64,000 bases of DNA from Gammaproteobacteria bacterium (GTDB taxonomy: Bacteria; Pseudomonadota; Gammaproteobacteria; JAADJB01): the NCBI GenBank assembly GCA_013151035.1, contig JAADJB010000009.1, forward strand, positions 338-64,337. Direction: 5' to 3'. Position numbers and translations under genes: made by a program. This document shows, piece after piece, positions 10,899 through 21,405 of this stretch (positions are counted from its first letter, which is position 1; the number at the start of each line of letters is the position of its first letter). The notes below the pieces were generated by a model that saw only the letters and a program-made list of their open reading frames with translations, was not told where the DNA came from and did not search any database.

Positions 10899-11741
10899 AT
10901 GTCCCCACCAACCATCCAACAGGCATTAAAACAGGCTCACAAGCAACTGAGTCCATCTTCTAACAGCGCTCATCTGGATGCCGAGGTATTACTCTGCTTC
11001 CTGATCAACAAACCCCGTAGCTATCTCCATACCTGGCCAGAAAAACACCTGAGCGATGACCAGCATCATCGCTATGAAGACCTGATCACGCGCCGGTTAG
11101 CCGGTGAACCCGTTGCCTACATCACCGGTCGGCGTGAATTCTGGTCACTTGATCTGGAGGTAAACCCGACTACCCTGATCCCCCGTCCGGATACCGAGAC
11201 CCTGGTTGAATGGGTGCTTAATCAATTCCCACACACACCCATCAAGGTAGCCGACCTGGGCACCGGCAGTGGTGCCATCGCCCTAGCACTAGCGCAAGAA
11301 CGCCCCAACTGGCAGCTACTGGCAACCGACTATTCAGTCGCGGCACTGGCACTCGCGCAAGGTAATGCAGAACGCCTCAATATCCACAATATCAGTTTCA
11401 GCCAACATGATTGGCTGGAGGATGTTGATCAATATGATTTTGATCTGATTGTCAGTAATCCTCCCTACATCCCTGAGGCCGATCCTCACCTGCTACAAGG
11501 GGATGTGCGCTTCGAACCACGCAGTGCCCTCAGTTCCGGTGCAACAGGGCTTGATGACATCAGGAAGATCATTCAACAGGCTCCAGCCCACCTGAAACCG
11601 GCCGGCTGGCTGGCACTGGAACATGGTTACGATCAAGGCAATACTGTAAAAAAAACACTGCAATTAAATAACTACCAATCCATCTCAACAATAAGAGATA
11701 TCGCAGGCAATAACCGTATAAGTGTGGCACAGCATTATTAA
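10899..11741 (+). CDS. prmC: release factor glutamine N5-methyltransferase PrmC (HemK)
   Basis: NPPY motif (VSNPPYIPE), SAM-binding DLGTGSGAIA, and a position after prfA. Confidence 0.9.
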   Translation: MSPPTIQQALKQAHKQLSPSSNSAHLDAEVLLCFLINKPRSYLHTWPEKHLSDDQHHRYEDLITRRLAGEPVAYITGRREFWSLDLEVNPTTLIPRPDTETLVEWVLNQFPHTPIKVADLGTGSGAIALALAQERPNWQLLATDYSVAALALAQGNAERLNIHNISFSQHDWLEDVDQYDFDLIVSNPPYIPEADPHLLQGDVRFEPRSALSSGATGLDDIRKIIQQAPAHLKPAGWLALEHGYDQGNTVKKTLQLNNYQSISTIRDIAGNNRISVAQHY

Positions 11742-11904
11742 TAACAAACCATTCATTATCCCCATACTTTTTCTGTGTTATTATTTTTAATGCAGTGAAA
11801 ATGGTTGCTGCATCATTCGCATAAACACATAAATTGGTTATCCCTTTATTATGATATGCATTGTAAACAAGGAACTGACCAATACAAGAAAAGGATACCT
11901 GGAT

Positions 11905-12789
11905 ATGAAAAATCAACACCTAGATCTTACCTGCAAAACAGCTTCTATCAAGCGTAATATTCCAGCATTTAATTCGATAGCTTTAGCGCTCGGTCTCTTG
12001 CTGACACCAACCACTGGATCCAGCCAAATTCTGGAATTCGATTACACCGCTACATTTACTATGGTAACAGCGAGTGGCGAATTTTTTACCAATATCTCCG
12101 AACTGGGTAATAGTACAAATGGTAACCGAACACCTGTCACGGGAAGCATGCAATATGATACAACACTTGATGCAGGTACATTGCTCATGGTTCCCTTCTG
12201 GTTCAATGAATCCATTTTATCGTGGGTAGGTATGGAGATGGAGGGTATAGGCTCTAATCGTGCATTATTTAATGGTATGTTTAACTGGAATGGCATCTAT
12301 GGTGTTCCCGTTTCTCTGGTCTGGGATGCAACAGGACTGAACAATGCCATTAACTCAGGTTTGAGCAATGGATCAATCATTAATGGTAGTCTGGGTGGTG
12401 CTATTCCTGCAACAAGTAATACAGTGAAAAGTTATGGTCCCTCCGGTGGTATAACCTATCCGGTAGGCCCTTCACCATTGGCAACAACAACCTTTGATAC
12501 CACACCTGTCAATCCACCCGTTAGTCTTAATTATACACACAGTGGCCAACTCCCTATCATCAATGACCTGATCATCGATGCCACCAATGGCGATATTGGT
12601 ATTGGTGGATCGCCGCTGCTGGCAGGACCCTTCCTGGCATACAATATAAATATCGACTTCAACACACTTGAACTCACCAGTATGTCTGCCGTTCCAGCAC
12701 CTGCCGCACTCTGGTTATTTGGTTCTGGCCTGATTGGTTTACTAGCTGTAAGTCGACGACATTCAGAAGATCAATCAGATACCACCTAA
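11905..12789 (+). CDS. PEP-CTERM sorting-domain secreted protein (exosortase substrate)
   Basis: Signal peptide at the ATG 11905 start. The C-terminus VPAPAALWLFGSGLIGLLAVSRRH is a PEP-CTERM variant + TM + basic tail. Composition is Gly/Ser/Thr/Asn-rich. Confidence 0.8.
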   Translation: MKNQHLDLTCKTASIKRNIPAFNSIALALGLLLTPTTGSSQILEFDYTATFTMVTASGEFFTNISELGNSTNGNRTPVTGSMQYDTTLDAGTLLMVPFWFNESILSWVGMEMEGIGSNRALFNGMFNWNGIYGVPVSLVWDATGLNNAINSGLSNGSIINGSLGGAIPATSNTVKSYGPSGGITYPVGPSPLATTTFDTTPVNPPVSLNYTHSGQLPIINDLIIDATNGDIGIGGSPLLAGPFLAYNINIDFNTLELTSMSAVPAPAALWLFGSGLIGLLAVSRRHSEDQSDTT

Positions 12790-12928
12790 CCATCTGATTA
12801 CACAATATTATTTACTCTCGGCTATGCCCTTGTTATTCACATCGGCATAGCCGGTAATCCCGTTAAAATAACAAACCCCTGCCTGCCACAAAACTTGATA
12901 ATTATTACAAACCCGTTAGGATGGAGCT

Positions 12929-13327
12929 ATGGACGATCAGGCAAACACGCTTATTCGACATCGCAAGATCTGTTTTCGTGGTCCACACGAGAATACGAGT
13001 CAGGCGCAAACAGCGACGCTGATATTAAGTGATATCGAGGGCATCCTCAAAGTGACATCTGAAGGTGACGACATCATCCATATCAGCTATGACATCCAGT
13101 TAATCTCCCTGCGTATTATTGATGAACTCTTAGTCGAGATTGGGCTACACCTGGATAACAATCTGTTCTGTAAACTTAAACGTGCGTTGTACTACTACAG
13201 CGAGGACGCTCAGCGTGAAACTCTGGGCTACAGTGACACCACCCAACGAGTCTTTATCAAGCGTTATCAAAAATTGCCGCACGGCTGTAGAGATGGCCGC
13301 CCTGATTGCTGGCGGCGTTATCTTTAA
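12929..13327 (+). CDS. hypothetical protein (132 aa, Cys-rich C-terminus)
   Basis: Good RBS AGGATGGAG before the ATG. I recognise no domain. It sits immediately upstream of moeB. Confidence 0.4.
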   Translation: MDDQANTLIRHRKICFRGPHENTSQAQTATLILSDIEGILKVTSEGDDIIHISYDIQLISLRIIDELLVEIGLHLDNNLFCKLKRALYYYSEDAQRETLGYSDTTQRVFIKRYQKLPHGCRDGRPDCWRRYL

Positions 13328-13379
13328 GTTATCCTCAAGATAATGGATTCCCGCCTGCGCGAGAATGACAAATTAACCT

Positions 13380-14138
13380 ATGAATGATCAGCAACTCCTT
13401 CGTTATAGTCGCCAGATTATGCTTCCCGGTATTGATATTGAGGGGCAACAACGTCTGCTACAGTCGCATGTACTCATCATTGGCGCAGGTGGACTAGGCT
13501 CACCCGTAGCCATGTACCTGGCTGCCTCCGGTGTGGGACAAATCACCATTACTGATGATGATCAGGTCGATCTTTCTAATCTACAACGCCAAATACTGCA
13601 TCATCAACAGGATATCGGCCGTGACAAGGTGGATTCAGCAGTGGATACACTTAAGGGCATTAATCCCGATATCAAGATTAACACCATCGCACACCGACTC
13701 AACGCAGAGGAGCTGGAAGTCATCATGCAACAGGTCGATGCTGTCGTCGATGCCAGTGATAACTTTAATACCCGTTTTACCATCAATGCCGCCTGCGTAC
13801 GCCAACAAATCCCGCTCATATCCGGTGCAGCAATACGTATGGAGGGACAAATCAGTGTCTTTACACCGGGTAAGGATAATAGCCCGTGCTACCACTGTCT
13901 CTATACCGAGGGTGACGAACTGGAACAGACCTGCAGTGAAAATGGAGTCCTCTCCCCCTTAGTCGGCATCATCGGCAGCATGCAGGCTCTGGAGACCCTC
14001 AAGGTATTACTTGATCTGGGACAGACCCTGGCAGGTCAGCTAATGATCCTTGATGCGTTACACATGGAATGGCGCAGTATAAAATTACGCAGAGATCCTG
14101 ATTGCCCGGTATGTTCCAGGGAATATTCTAAGACCTGA
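13380..14138 (+). CDS. moeB: molybdopterin-synthase adenylyltransferase MoeB (ThiF/MoeB E1-like)
   Basis: RYSRQI..GxGGLGSP nucleotide-binding motif and a C-terminal CxxC...CxxC zinc motif. 252 aa. Confidence 0.9.
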   Translation: MNDQQLLRYSRQIMLPGIDIEGQQRLLQSHVLIIGAGGLGSPVAMYLAASGVGQITITDDDQVDLSNLQRQILHHQQDIGRDKVDSAVDTLKGINPDIKINTIAHRLNAEELEVIMQQVDAVVDASDNFNTRFTINAACVRQQIPLISGAAIRMEGQISVFTPGKDNSPCYHCLYTEGDELEQTCSENGVLSPLVGIIGSMQALETLKVLLDLGQTLAGQLMILDALHMEWRSIKLRRDPDCPVCSREYSKT

Positions 14139-15282
14139 ACTTCACTTCAACAAAGGTCGTATCATCACTCTGCATACAACCTCCACTAAAATAATTAACC
14201 TGGTTCAAGATATTATCAAATAGCTCATCACTGTTTTTGCTATCTTTGAGAATTGCCTCAATACGATCGGCACCAAACATGTCACCATCAACATTAGAGG
14301 CCTCAACAAGACCATCGGTATATAAAAAGATTGAGGCATCCGATGGCAGCACTTGATCCCGGGTCAAGGCATCAAAACCTTCATCATTCAGAATCCCCAA
14401 CGGCATATGATCTGACTCAATCTTTGCTAACACACCCCGTTCTGAAGAAAACACTAATGCCGGTGGACAAGCACCCGCCCAGCTACGGATCTCACGGGTC
14501 TCATGGTTAATCTCAAGCACTGTTGCTGCCAGATAAAAATCACCCGGTGTCGCCTCCCGCAAACGACGATTAATCGTGGACACAATATCCTTTAATGGAA
14601 CATCATCCTCCACCATGGAATAAAATAACTCTGAAACAAAGAAAGCACCCATCGCAGCCTGTAATCCATGCCCGGTAAAGTCCCCCACCAACACATATTG
14701 TTTGCCGGAAGGCGCATCCGAACATAACGCAATATCTCCACTAACCAGACCCTTGGGCGATGAGTAATGTTGAATATTAACGGGCATATCAAGCTTGCGG
14801 CTATTACTGATATGCTGAAAAAAACGTTCCGCCACCTCCTGCTCAATTTGCAGAATATTAACCATGGAATGTAATTCATCAATACGACTCTGGGTGGATC
14901 TCCGGTATTCTTTTTCCCTTAACAGTTGATCGATCTTGCTCTTCAGTGCCAAATTAGAGCAGGGTTTGACCATAAAACCATCCCCACCCGCAGCAAAACA
15001 ACGCGCCAGAACACGATCCTCATCGGTACCCGTAAGAAACAGAATTGGAATAAACAAATCTCCAGCCAGAGACTTAATCATCTCTGCCGCCTGCAAACCA
15101 TCCACAACAGGCATATCAATATCCATCAAGATCACATCCGGGGTATCTTGCTGATAACGGTAAACAGCCTCTTTACCATTCGAGGCAGTAATAACGCTAT
15201 AACCACTACGCGTCAGAACCTCAGCAGTCATCATACAAAAGATCTTGTCATCATCGGCTACCAGCACACGTCCTTTTTTCAT
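14128..15282 (-). CDS. response regulator with PP2C/SpoIIE serine phosphatase output domain (RsbU-like)
   Basis: N-terminal CheY-like receiver (VLVADDD...DIDMP) and a C-terminal PP2C domain (GDFTGHG...). Confidence 0.85.
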   Translation of the reverse strand: MKKGRVLVADDDKIFCMMTAEVLTRSGYSVITASNGKEAVYRYQQDTPDVILMDIDMPVVDGLQAAEMIKSLAGDLFIPILFLTGTDEDRVLARCFAAGGDGFMVKPCSNLALKSKIDQLLREKEYRRSTQSRIDELHSMVNILQIEQEVAERFFQHISNSRKLDMPVNIQHYSSPKGLVSGDIALCSDAPSGKQYVLVGDFTGHGLQAAMGAFFVSELFYSMVEDDVPLKDIVSTINRRLREATPGDFYLAATVLEINHETREIRSWAGACPPALVFSSERGVLAKIESDHMPLGILNDEGFDALTRDQVLPSDASIFLYTDGLVEASNVDGDMFGADRIEAILKDSKNSDELFDNILNQVNYFSGGCMQSDDTTFVEVKFRS

Positions 15283-15309
15283 AACCGTAATATCTCTATC
15301 GTCATACCA

Positions 15310-17085
15310 TTACAAGCGTCTGCCACTCTCCAGCAATACTGTCATATCATCCACTGCTAGAGGACGGCTAAATAAATAGCCTTGCAATGAATGACAACCT
15401 AATTGATACACCCTGGATAACTGCTTACGCGTTTCAATCCCTTCCACCACAACCTTCAAATCAAAAGACCGGGCAATAGAGACAATGGCCTCCGCAATAG
15501 CCTCATCTTTCTTATTCTCACACATACTTTGGGAGAAGGTTCTATCCAGTTTCAATGATGACAAAGGTAGATCCTTTAAATATAAAAGTGAAGAATAGCC
15601 CGTACCAAAATCATCAATCGCAATATTAATATCCATATTAGACAACGTGCGTAAAAGTGCTTGAGTCCTACCGAGGTTCTTTATCATGGCACTTTCCGTC
15701 AACTCCAGCACCAACGCGCTCGATAGCATATTGCTATCCGATAAAGAAGAAAGTACCCGATCAGGGAAATCATCCGTCTGTAGCTGCACTGCGGATACAT
15801 TCACCGAAACACTCAACTCATAACCACATTCCTGTATCCAGTACTGATTCTGTCGACAGGCCTCCTGCAATACCCAGTTCCCTACTGAAACAATCAGACC
15901 TGATGACTCCAGCACCGGTATAAATTCATCCGGAAACACCATCCCGCGTTCCGGGTGTTGCCAACGTAACAAAGCTTCACTACCTGTAATCTTACCCGTT
16001 TGAATATCTACCTGTGGTTGATAATGCAAAACAAATTCATCACGCTCCAACGCCCTCAATAACTCAATCTCCAGCAACAGGGTATTCTTCTCCTGCTTAC
16101 TGCTCTGAAACGAGGTGTAAAAATAATATTGATGTTCGTAATCAATCGTTTTCCCCAGGGTAATCGCCAGGCCTGCGTTCTTCAGTAATAGCTCAATCGA
16201 GATACCATCCTCAGGATAGTTACTGATACCAACAGAAAAGGTAATGGTCATATCCTTATTGATTGAAGAGACATCCAGATGAATCGTCGAGAAGATTTGC
16301 TTAATCTTTTCCTCGACATCATGATTATCTGAAACACCTTCGAGAAAAACACCAAAACGCCCACTCCCCATATAGGTTAACGTCACCGCATCTTGTAACA
16401 ATGACTGCATCTGTGTAGACATGCTACGAATCAGTTCATCAGCAATCTCTTGTCCATAAACATCCTTGATAGGTTTAATCTGATTGATGCAAACCATCAA
16501 CATAGTATGCTTTTGCTGACTAACGTCCATATCCTGCAGACGTTCGTCAAGACGCAATTTGACTACAGCTAGCTTGGGTAAACCTGTTAACTCATCAAAA
16601 TAAGTCAAGCGATGGATATAGGCCTTATCATTCACGGACTCGGTAACATCCTTACCGATTGAAATATAATAGAGAATCACACTCTGCTCATCCAGTACCG
16701 GAGTTACCCTCTTATACTCATGATAAAAGTTACCATCCTTCCTGCGATTAACCAACGTTCCCTCAAAAACCTCCCCGGTACTAATCACGTCCCACATCCG
16801 TTTGTAAAATAGCGCATCCTGCACACCCGACTTGAGTAAATTAGTCTTCTCACCAATAACCTCACTACGGTCATAGCCTGTAATCCGACTAAAGGCATCA
16901 TTGGTATAAATAATCACACCCGTGGAATCGGAGATGGTAACAATATCTTCAACGCTATTAATTGCTGCATGTAGCAGAGGAATATCATCAAGTCGGTCTA
17001 ATATGTTCAGCATTAATGGTATCAGGTTCTTTTTAATCATTTTCAAGTAGAATCGATAATACCGCAAATAACCACTATGCAGCAA
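15310..17085 (-). CDS. PAS-GGDEF-EAL c-di-GMP signalling protein; GGDEF motif degenerate (GSGRF), EAL intact
   Basis: PAS S-box region, a GGDEF-fold with a non-canonical active site, and an EAL domain (EALLRW, QPQVD). TTG start at 17085; an alternative ATG is at 17040. Confidence 0.85.
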   Translation of the reverse strand: MLHSGYLRYYRFYLKMIKKNLIPLMLNILDRLDDIPLLHAAINSVEDIVTISDSTGVIIYTNDAFSRITGYDRSEVIGEKTNLLKSGVQDALFYKRMWDVISTGEVFEGTLVNRRKDGNFYHEYKRVTPVLDEQSVILYYISIGKDVTESVNDKAYIHRLTYFDELTGLPKLAVVKLRLDERLQDMDVSQQKHTMLMVCINQIKPIKDVYGQEIADELIRSMSTQMQSLLQDAVTLTYMGSGRFGVFLEGVSDNHDVEEKIKQIFSTIHLDVSSINKDMTITFSVGISNYPEDGISIELLLKNAGLAITLGKTIDYEHQYYFYTSFQSSKQEKNTLLLEIELLRALERDEFVLHYQPQVDIQTGKITGSEALLRWQHPERGMVFPDEFIPVLESSGLIVSVGNWVLQEACRQNQYWIQECGYELSVSVNVSAVQLQTDDFPDRVLSSLSDSNMLSSALVLELTESAMIKNLGRTQALLRTLSNMDINIAIDDFGTGYSSLLYLKDLPLSSLKLDRTFSQSMCENKKDEAIAEAIVSIARSFDLKVVVEGIETRKQLSRVYQLGCHSLQGYLFSRPLAVDDMTVLLESGRRL

Positions 17086-17429
17086 AGGTTATCTATACTA
17101 ATTCAGAATACAGTCATTATATTATTGCCTAAAGAAGCAATATGTCGGAATTAATTACACAAATAAAAACCAACAAAAATAATAATAAACGAATAAAAAC
17201 ATATAGTTATATACAACAATAGGGTTTAAACAATAAAAATCAGGATCTCAGTGTTTTTTTGTAAAAATAACAAACAACCGCAATTCAAATATATCTTATT
17301 GATTAATAATAAATTTATATAAATCACAGGCCACATATATAATTTTTTGTCGTAAAACATTACACTTTAGAGTGTAAACAAAAACAAGGATAAACTGTAA
17401 CACCATGTATTAATTGAAATTTAATATGA

Positions 17430-17445
17430 TGGCACAATTAATGCA
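17430..17445 (+). promoter_or_regulatory. candidate sigma-54 (-24/-12) promoter TGGCAC-N6-TGCA upstream of the PEP-CTERM gene
   Basis: TGGCACaattaaTGCA with GG and GC 12 nt apart, about 38 nt upstream of the ATG at 17485. It lies within a 400-bp AT-rich intergenic region. Confidence 0.45.
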
Positions 17446-17484
17446 AGAGTATTAAAACCAGTCACCATCTGCAAGGATCACAAA

Positions 17485-18117
17485 ATGAATAATCAGGGCG
17501 TGAAGTACACCATACTGTTAATCCTACTGTCTATTAGCTCAATAACGAATGCGGCAATATTCGATTTCAAGGCACTCGGTAATGCCAACGAAAGGGGCTA
17601 TGTCACCTTCGTACATACTGTTGACGGTATCCAGCTCAGTGCAAGTGGTTCCTCTCCCGATGGCAGCATCCCTTACAACGCCTATCTGGATTCAGGTAAT
17701 GCGGGTCTTGGTGTCTGTCAAAACCTGACTAGCAGTTATCAATGCACACCCAGCTCAGATGACAATGTAACCTATCTGGAAAACTTGATATTAACCTTTG
17801 ATCAAGAGGTTAATATTGAGCAAACCACCTTTGTTAATGGCAGTCATGGTACTAACTTCCTGGGCAGCTTTGATATGACTATAGATGGCGGTACAACGAC
17901 AACTTATAGCCTGACCAATATATTCTCAACCATTCTGACCGGCACCGAATTTATATTCACCAATATGAATCCAGAGGGTGGCTCATATAATTCAAATGAA
18001 TATCAATTTTATATCAGCGCACTGAATGTAACCCCTGCAGCCGTACCCGTACCCGCAGCCGTCTGGTTATTGGGTAGTGGTCTGCTAGGTCTGATTAGTA
18101 TCGCACGTCGACGTTAA
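17485..18117 (+). CDS. PEP-CTERM sorting-domain secreted protein
   Basis: Signal peptide. C-terminus VPVPAAVWLLGSGLLGLISIARRR (PEP-CTERM variant). Confidence 0.8.
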   Translation: MNNQGVKYTILLILLSISSITNAAIFDFKALGNANERGYVTFVHTVDGIQLSASGSSPDGSIPYNAYLDSGNAGLGVCQNLTSSYQCTPSSDDNVTYLENLILTFDQEVNIEQTTFVNGSHGTNFLGSFDMTIDGGTTTTYSLTNIFSTILTGTEFIFTNMNPEGGSYNSNEYQFYISALNVTPAAVPVPAAVWLLGSGLLGLISIARRR

Positions 18118-18128
18118 GGGAGTCCTGA

Positions 18129-18587
18129 TTAACTATATCGGGTCAGGAATGTATCCAGTTGATTGGCAAAGGACTGCCTATCACTCTGACTTAATGGCGG
18201 TGGACCACCGGTACTGATCCCACTACCGCGTAGAGTATCCATAAAATCCCGCATGTTTAATCGGGCACGGATATTATCGACAGTATACAACTCACCACGG
18301 GGGTTAAGTGCATGGCCACCCTTCTCGATAACCTCTGCCGCCAGGGGAATGTCACTGGTTATCACCAGATCCCCCACCTCCAGTCTTTTCACGATCTCAT
18401 CATCCGCCACATCAAAGCCAGCCCCAACCTGCAACATATTAATCAGGGGTGATTTCGGTACACGCACAAATTGATTGGCTACCAGTGTCATTGCCACCCC
18501 GGTACGCATTGATGCCTTGAACAGAATATCCTTAACCACAACCGGACAGGCATCCGCATCGACCCATATCTTCATCAAAAACCCCAA
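18129..18587 (-). CDS. yaiI: UPF0178 / DUF188 protein YaiI
   Basis: The N-terminus [19 protein letters not shown] matches YaiI. 152 aa. Confidence 0.8.
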   Translation of the reverse strand: MGFLMKIWVDADACPVVVKDILFKASMRTGVAMTLVANQFVRVPKSPLINMLQVGAGFDVADDEIVKRLEVGDLVITSDIPLAAEVIEKGGHALNPRGELYTVDNIRARLNMRDFMDTLRGSGISTGGPPPLSQSDRQSFANQLDTFLTRYS

Positions 18588-19258
18588 TCCTCATTATCTG
18601 GTTGCGGCATATCCACATGACATTGATAACACGATAATTTTTCTTGCTCGTAAAATTCATGATCTTCATCATTGCCACCCTTATAAGCCATATAACCATC
18701 TGGTAGCTTATGAGCAATACCTTTATGGCAATCAATACAGGTCTTGCCCCTCTGTTGCGCATAGTTATGCACAAGGGCAGTGCGGGACTGTTGTACTGCT
18801 TTATTCATTGCATCAAAAGAATGGCAATTTCTACATTCCCTTGAATCAGCATCCTTCATCACACCCCATACATGTTTCGCAAGTTCCAAACGCTTGGCAT
18901 TAAACTTTTCTGGCGTATCAATCGAACCCATTACCTTATGTATTAACTCATTAGAGGCCTTAATTTTTCTAACCACCATATGTTGCCACTCTTTAGGGAC
19001 ATGACAATCCGGGCAGGTTGCCCTGACACCGGTACGATTACTGTAATGTACTGTCCCGAGATATTCCCGATAGACATTATCTTCCATCTCATGACATGAG
19101 ATACAAAAATCCATATTATTCGTTACTTCCAATACCGTATTAAATGCCCCCCAGAATAATATTCCGGCAACAAAAACACCCCCTGATAATAACAATGGAT
19201 ATTGACCAACATGTCCCATTACCCATGACCGTATACCCTTTATTACGGATTTAATCAT
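18575..19258 (-). CDS. napC: NapC/NirT-family membrane-anchored tetraheme cytochrome c (quinol dehydrogenase)
   Basis: N-terminal TM helix and four CxxCH motifs (CISCH, CPDCH, CRNCH, CIDCH). 227 aa. Confidence 0.8.
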   Translation of the reverse strand: MIKSVIKGIRSWVMGHVGQYPLLLSGGVFVAGILFWGAFNTVLEVTNNMDFCISCHEMEDNVYREYLGTVHYSNRTGVRATCPDCHVPKEWQHMVVRKIKASNELIHKVMGSIDTPEKFNAKRLELAKHVWGVMKDADSRECRNCHSFDAMNKAVQQSRTALVHNYAQQRGKTCIDCHKGIAHKLPDGYMAYKGGNDEDHEFYEQEKLSCYQCHVDMPQPDNEDWGF

Positions 19259-19851
19259 GACAGTTTTTTATATTTTGAGCGTACATTAATGGCATTAGGT
19301 TCTACAATACAAGCATCCCGGCATAAGGCGCAACCAATACAGATCTTTTCATTAATCACTGGCCTTGTCATATCCCAGACCATAGCACCAGGAACCGGAC
19401 AAATCCCCTGGCAGGCACCACATTCCGGGCCTTTATAAGGCAAACAATGTTTACTATCAAGCGTCGCAATCGCCAACCGGGGAAAGAACCTTTCATCGCT
19501 TTCATCATCCGCATCATCAGGCTTTACCGGAATCTTTAATGCACCCGGTTTACAGACGCTGACACAGGGCCAGTCCTCACATAGATGACAACCATGATTC
19601 AATAAATCCAGTGCAGGTGTTGCCGTCACCTGAATTCCCAGACGTGCCGGTAATTTAAATATCACCTCATGTGGACAGGCATCAATACATTCATTACAAC
19701 GTGTACACGCCAAAAGAAAGTCAATTTCCTCCAGGGCAAAAGGTGGTCGAATCCATTTGGCCGCACGCACCCTGACACTATCCGCCACCTCATCAGCAAC
19801 CGATTTAACAATCTTCTTACTACTCCTGGTAAAAAACTCACGTCTATCCAA
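19255..19851 (-). CDS. napF: ferredoxin-type [4Fe-4S] protein, NapF-like
   Basis: Four CxxCxxCxxxCP-type clusters. 198 aa. It overlaps napC by 4 bp. Confidence 0.65.
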   Translation of the reverse strand: MDRREFFTRSSKKIVKSVADEVADSVRVRAAKWIRPPFALEEIDFLLACTRCNECIDACPHEVIFKLPARLGIQVTATPALDLLNHGCHLCEDWPCVSVCKPGALKIPVKPDDADDESDERFFPRLAIATLDSKHCLPYKGPECGACQGICPVPGAMVWDMTRPVINEKICIGCALCRDACIVEPNAINVRSKYKKLS

Positions 19852-19896
19852 TTAATTATTCCTTTTCATTACTACCCCATTAACTCAATCTCTATC

Positions 19897-21405
19897 TCAC
19901 ACTCCCCCCATACGCATTATCATCGGTTGCATCAATAACCATAGATGGAAACCATTGACACTAATAATAAAGACCAGAATAGGTGTAAGGCGAAAACCAG
20001 CTTCTGATACAAACGATTTAATACGATAGCGTAAGACTTTAACTGCAACCCAGAAACCAAACATCATTAACAGACCTTGCATCGCAAACAACGCCTCTTC
20101 CGGAATCGGCAAACGACCATGTGATACCAGCGACCCCGACCCCATACCCAAAGTTTCCATCAATAATTGGCCAGCACCTGCCGTTTCACGCAGCATGTGG
20201 TTTAGATTATGTGCAATATGATAGGCAAAAGCTAATGGCAGGGTAACAAAGACCAGCCCCATAAAAAATGGTTTAAAACCAACATCTGATCCTGATATCC
20301 AACGGGTTATAACTATAAATAATGCGTAGATACTAACGGGTATAATAATACTTACCATTAGACCAGTTGAAAAACTAACCAACAATTGTCCTGAATCACC
20401 AATTATTTGTGCAAACTGTTGCATCCAGGTTTCCCAAAACTCCATCATGGTGATGCCATGAAAACTGGTCAGTGCCAGCAGAATCAGCATAAACCATGCC
20501 TCATCCCAATGAGGGCGTGCGCTGGAGATTGCCTCCTGACTCTGTGGACGCAAGCGCCAGGAGATATTTTTATCAGGGCAACTTCGGACACAATTACCGC
20601 AAGATGTACAGTAGGTGTTTTGTGTCAAACTGCCCATAACAAGTTGTGTAGGGCATGGATCAACTTCATCGGTACCATTAAAGCATTCCAGACCTGTGCA
20701 TTGCGCACAGATATCCGGATCAATCGGGCGTAATTCAATGGGTGCAAGCTGCGCATAGAAACCCACAGTACGACCAACCGGACAAATATAATGACAAAAG
20801 GCCTTATTCCTGAATATTGCCAATGACAATGTTGCCATCACCACCATAAGTAATGACAGTAATGCCGTTGCGTAAGGATCAGATGTCACACCATAACCTA
20901 ATTCCAACCAGGTCAAACCAATTAACATTAATAGTGCCGGCCATACTGTCCGCATCCATCGCGGTGGTTTCAGCTCAAGACTATTATTCATTTTTAATAA
21001 CCAGAGACGAGGCTTTACAAACCAGTTTGCCAGTGCATCCCACGGACAAATCGCACACCAGGCAGAACCCAGAAAAAAAATCGAGATGATCAGCCCTGCC
21101 CACCAGATATTCCATGTTAGAACAGTAGCGATATTCCTTGCTGGAACAGGTGTTCCGGTAAGACCTGAATAAATAACCAGAAAGAATAATGCGACAACAA
21201 TTATCCTGATAAAAAGTAATAACCCGGTAGACGAGGTAAAAAGTCGGCTAAAAGAGCCTAATAACTTAATATCATTTAACTGGATATGCCTTATAGTTAA
21301 TCTACCAGGCATTTTTGCCACAATAACCCACAAACTAACAATGAGCATAAAAGCCCAAACAATATATCCCCAATATGAGGGTAAACCTGGATGTGTCATT
21401 ATCAT
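19897..21405 (-). CDS. NapH/MauN-family membrane polyferredoxin fused to an extra C-terminal polytopic membrane domain
   Basis: Two CxxCP membrane motifs (CAICPWD, CHYICPVG) and two [4Fe-4S] motifs (CAQCTGLEC, CTSCGNCVRSCP). A roughly 200 aa hydrophobic domain follows. 502 aa. Confidence 0.65.
   Translation of the reverse strand: MIMTHPGLPSYWGYIVWAFMLIVSLWVIVAKMPGRLTIRHIQLNDIKLLGSFSRLFTSSTGLLLFIRIIVVALFFLVIYSGLTGTPVPARNIATVLTWNIWWAGLIISIFFLGSAWCAICPWDALANWFVKPRLWLLKMNNSLELKPPRWMRTVWPALLMLIGLTWLELGYGVTSDPYATALLSLLMVVMATLSLAIFRNKAFCHYICPVGRTVGFYAQLAPIELRPIDPDICAQCTGLECFNGTDEVDPCPTQLVMGSLTQNTYCTSCGNCVRSCPDKNISWRLRPQSQEAISSARPHWDEAWFMLILLALTSFHGITMMEFWETWMQQFAQIIGDSGQLLVSFSTGLMVSIIIPVSIYALFIVITRWISGSDVGFKPFFMGLVFVTLPLAFAYHIAHNLNHMLRETAGAGQLLMETLGMGSGSLVSHGRLPIPEEALFAMQGLLMMFGFWVAVKVLRYRIKSFVSEAGFRLTPILVFIISVNGFHLWLLMQPMIMRMGGV

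Noticed and set aside
12815-12860. Hairpin CGGCTATGCC...GGCATAGCCG after the PEP-CTERM gene
   Set aside because: Probably a simple transcription terminator stem, though it lacks a T-run. It is not repeated elsewhere in the window.
17040-17085. Alternative start for the PAS-GGDEF-EAL gene (TTG 17085 versus ATG 17040)
   Set aside because: Neither candidate start has a clear RBS, so I kept the longer ORF. It has no effect on the domain calls.
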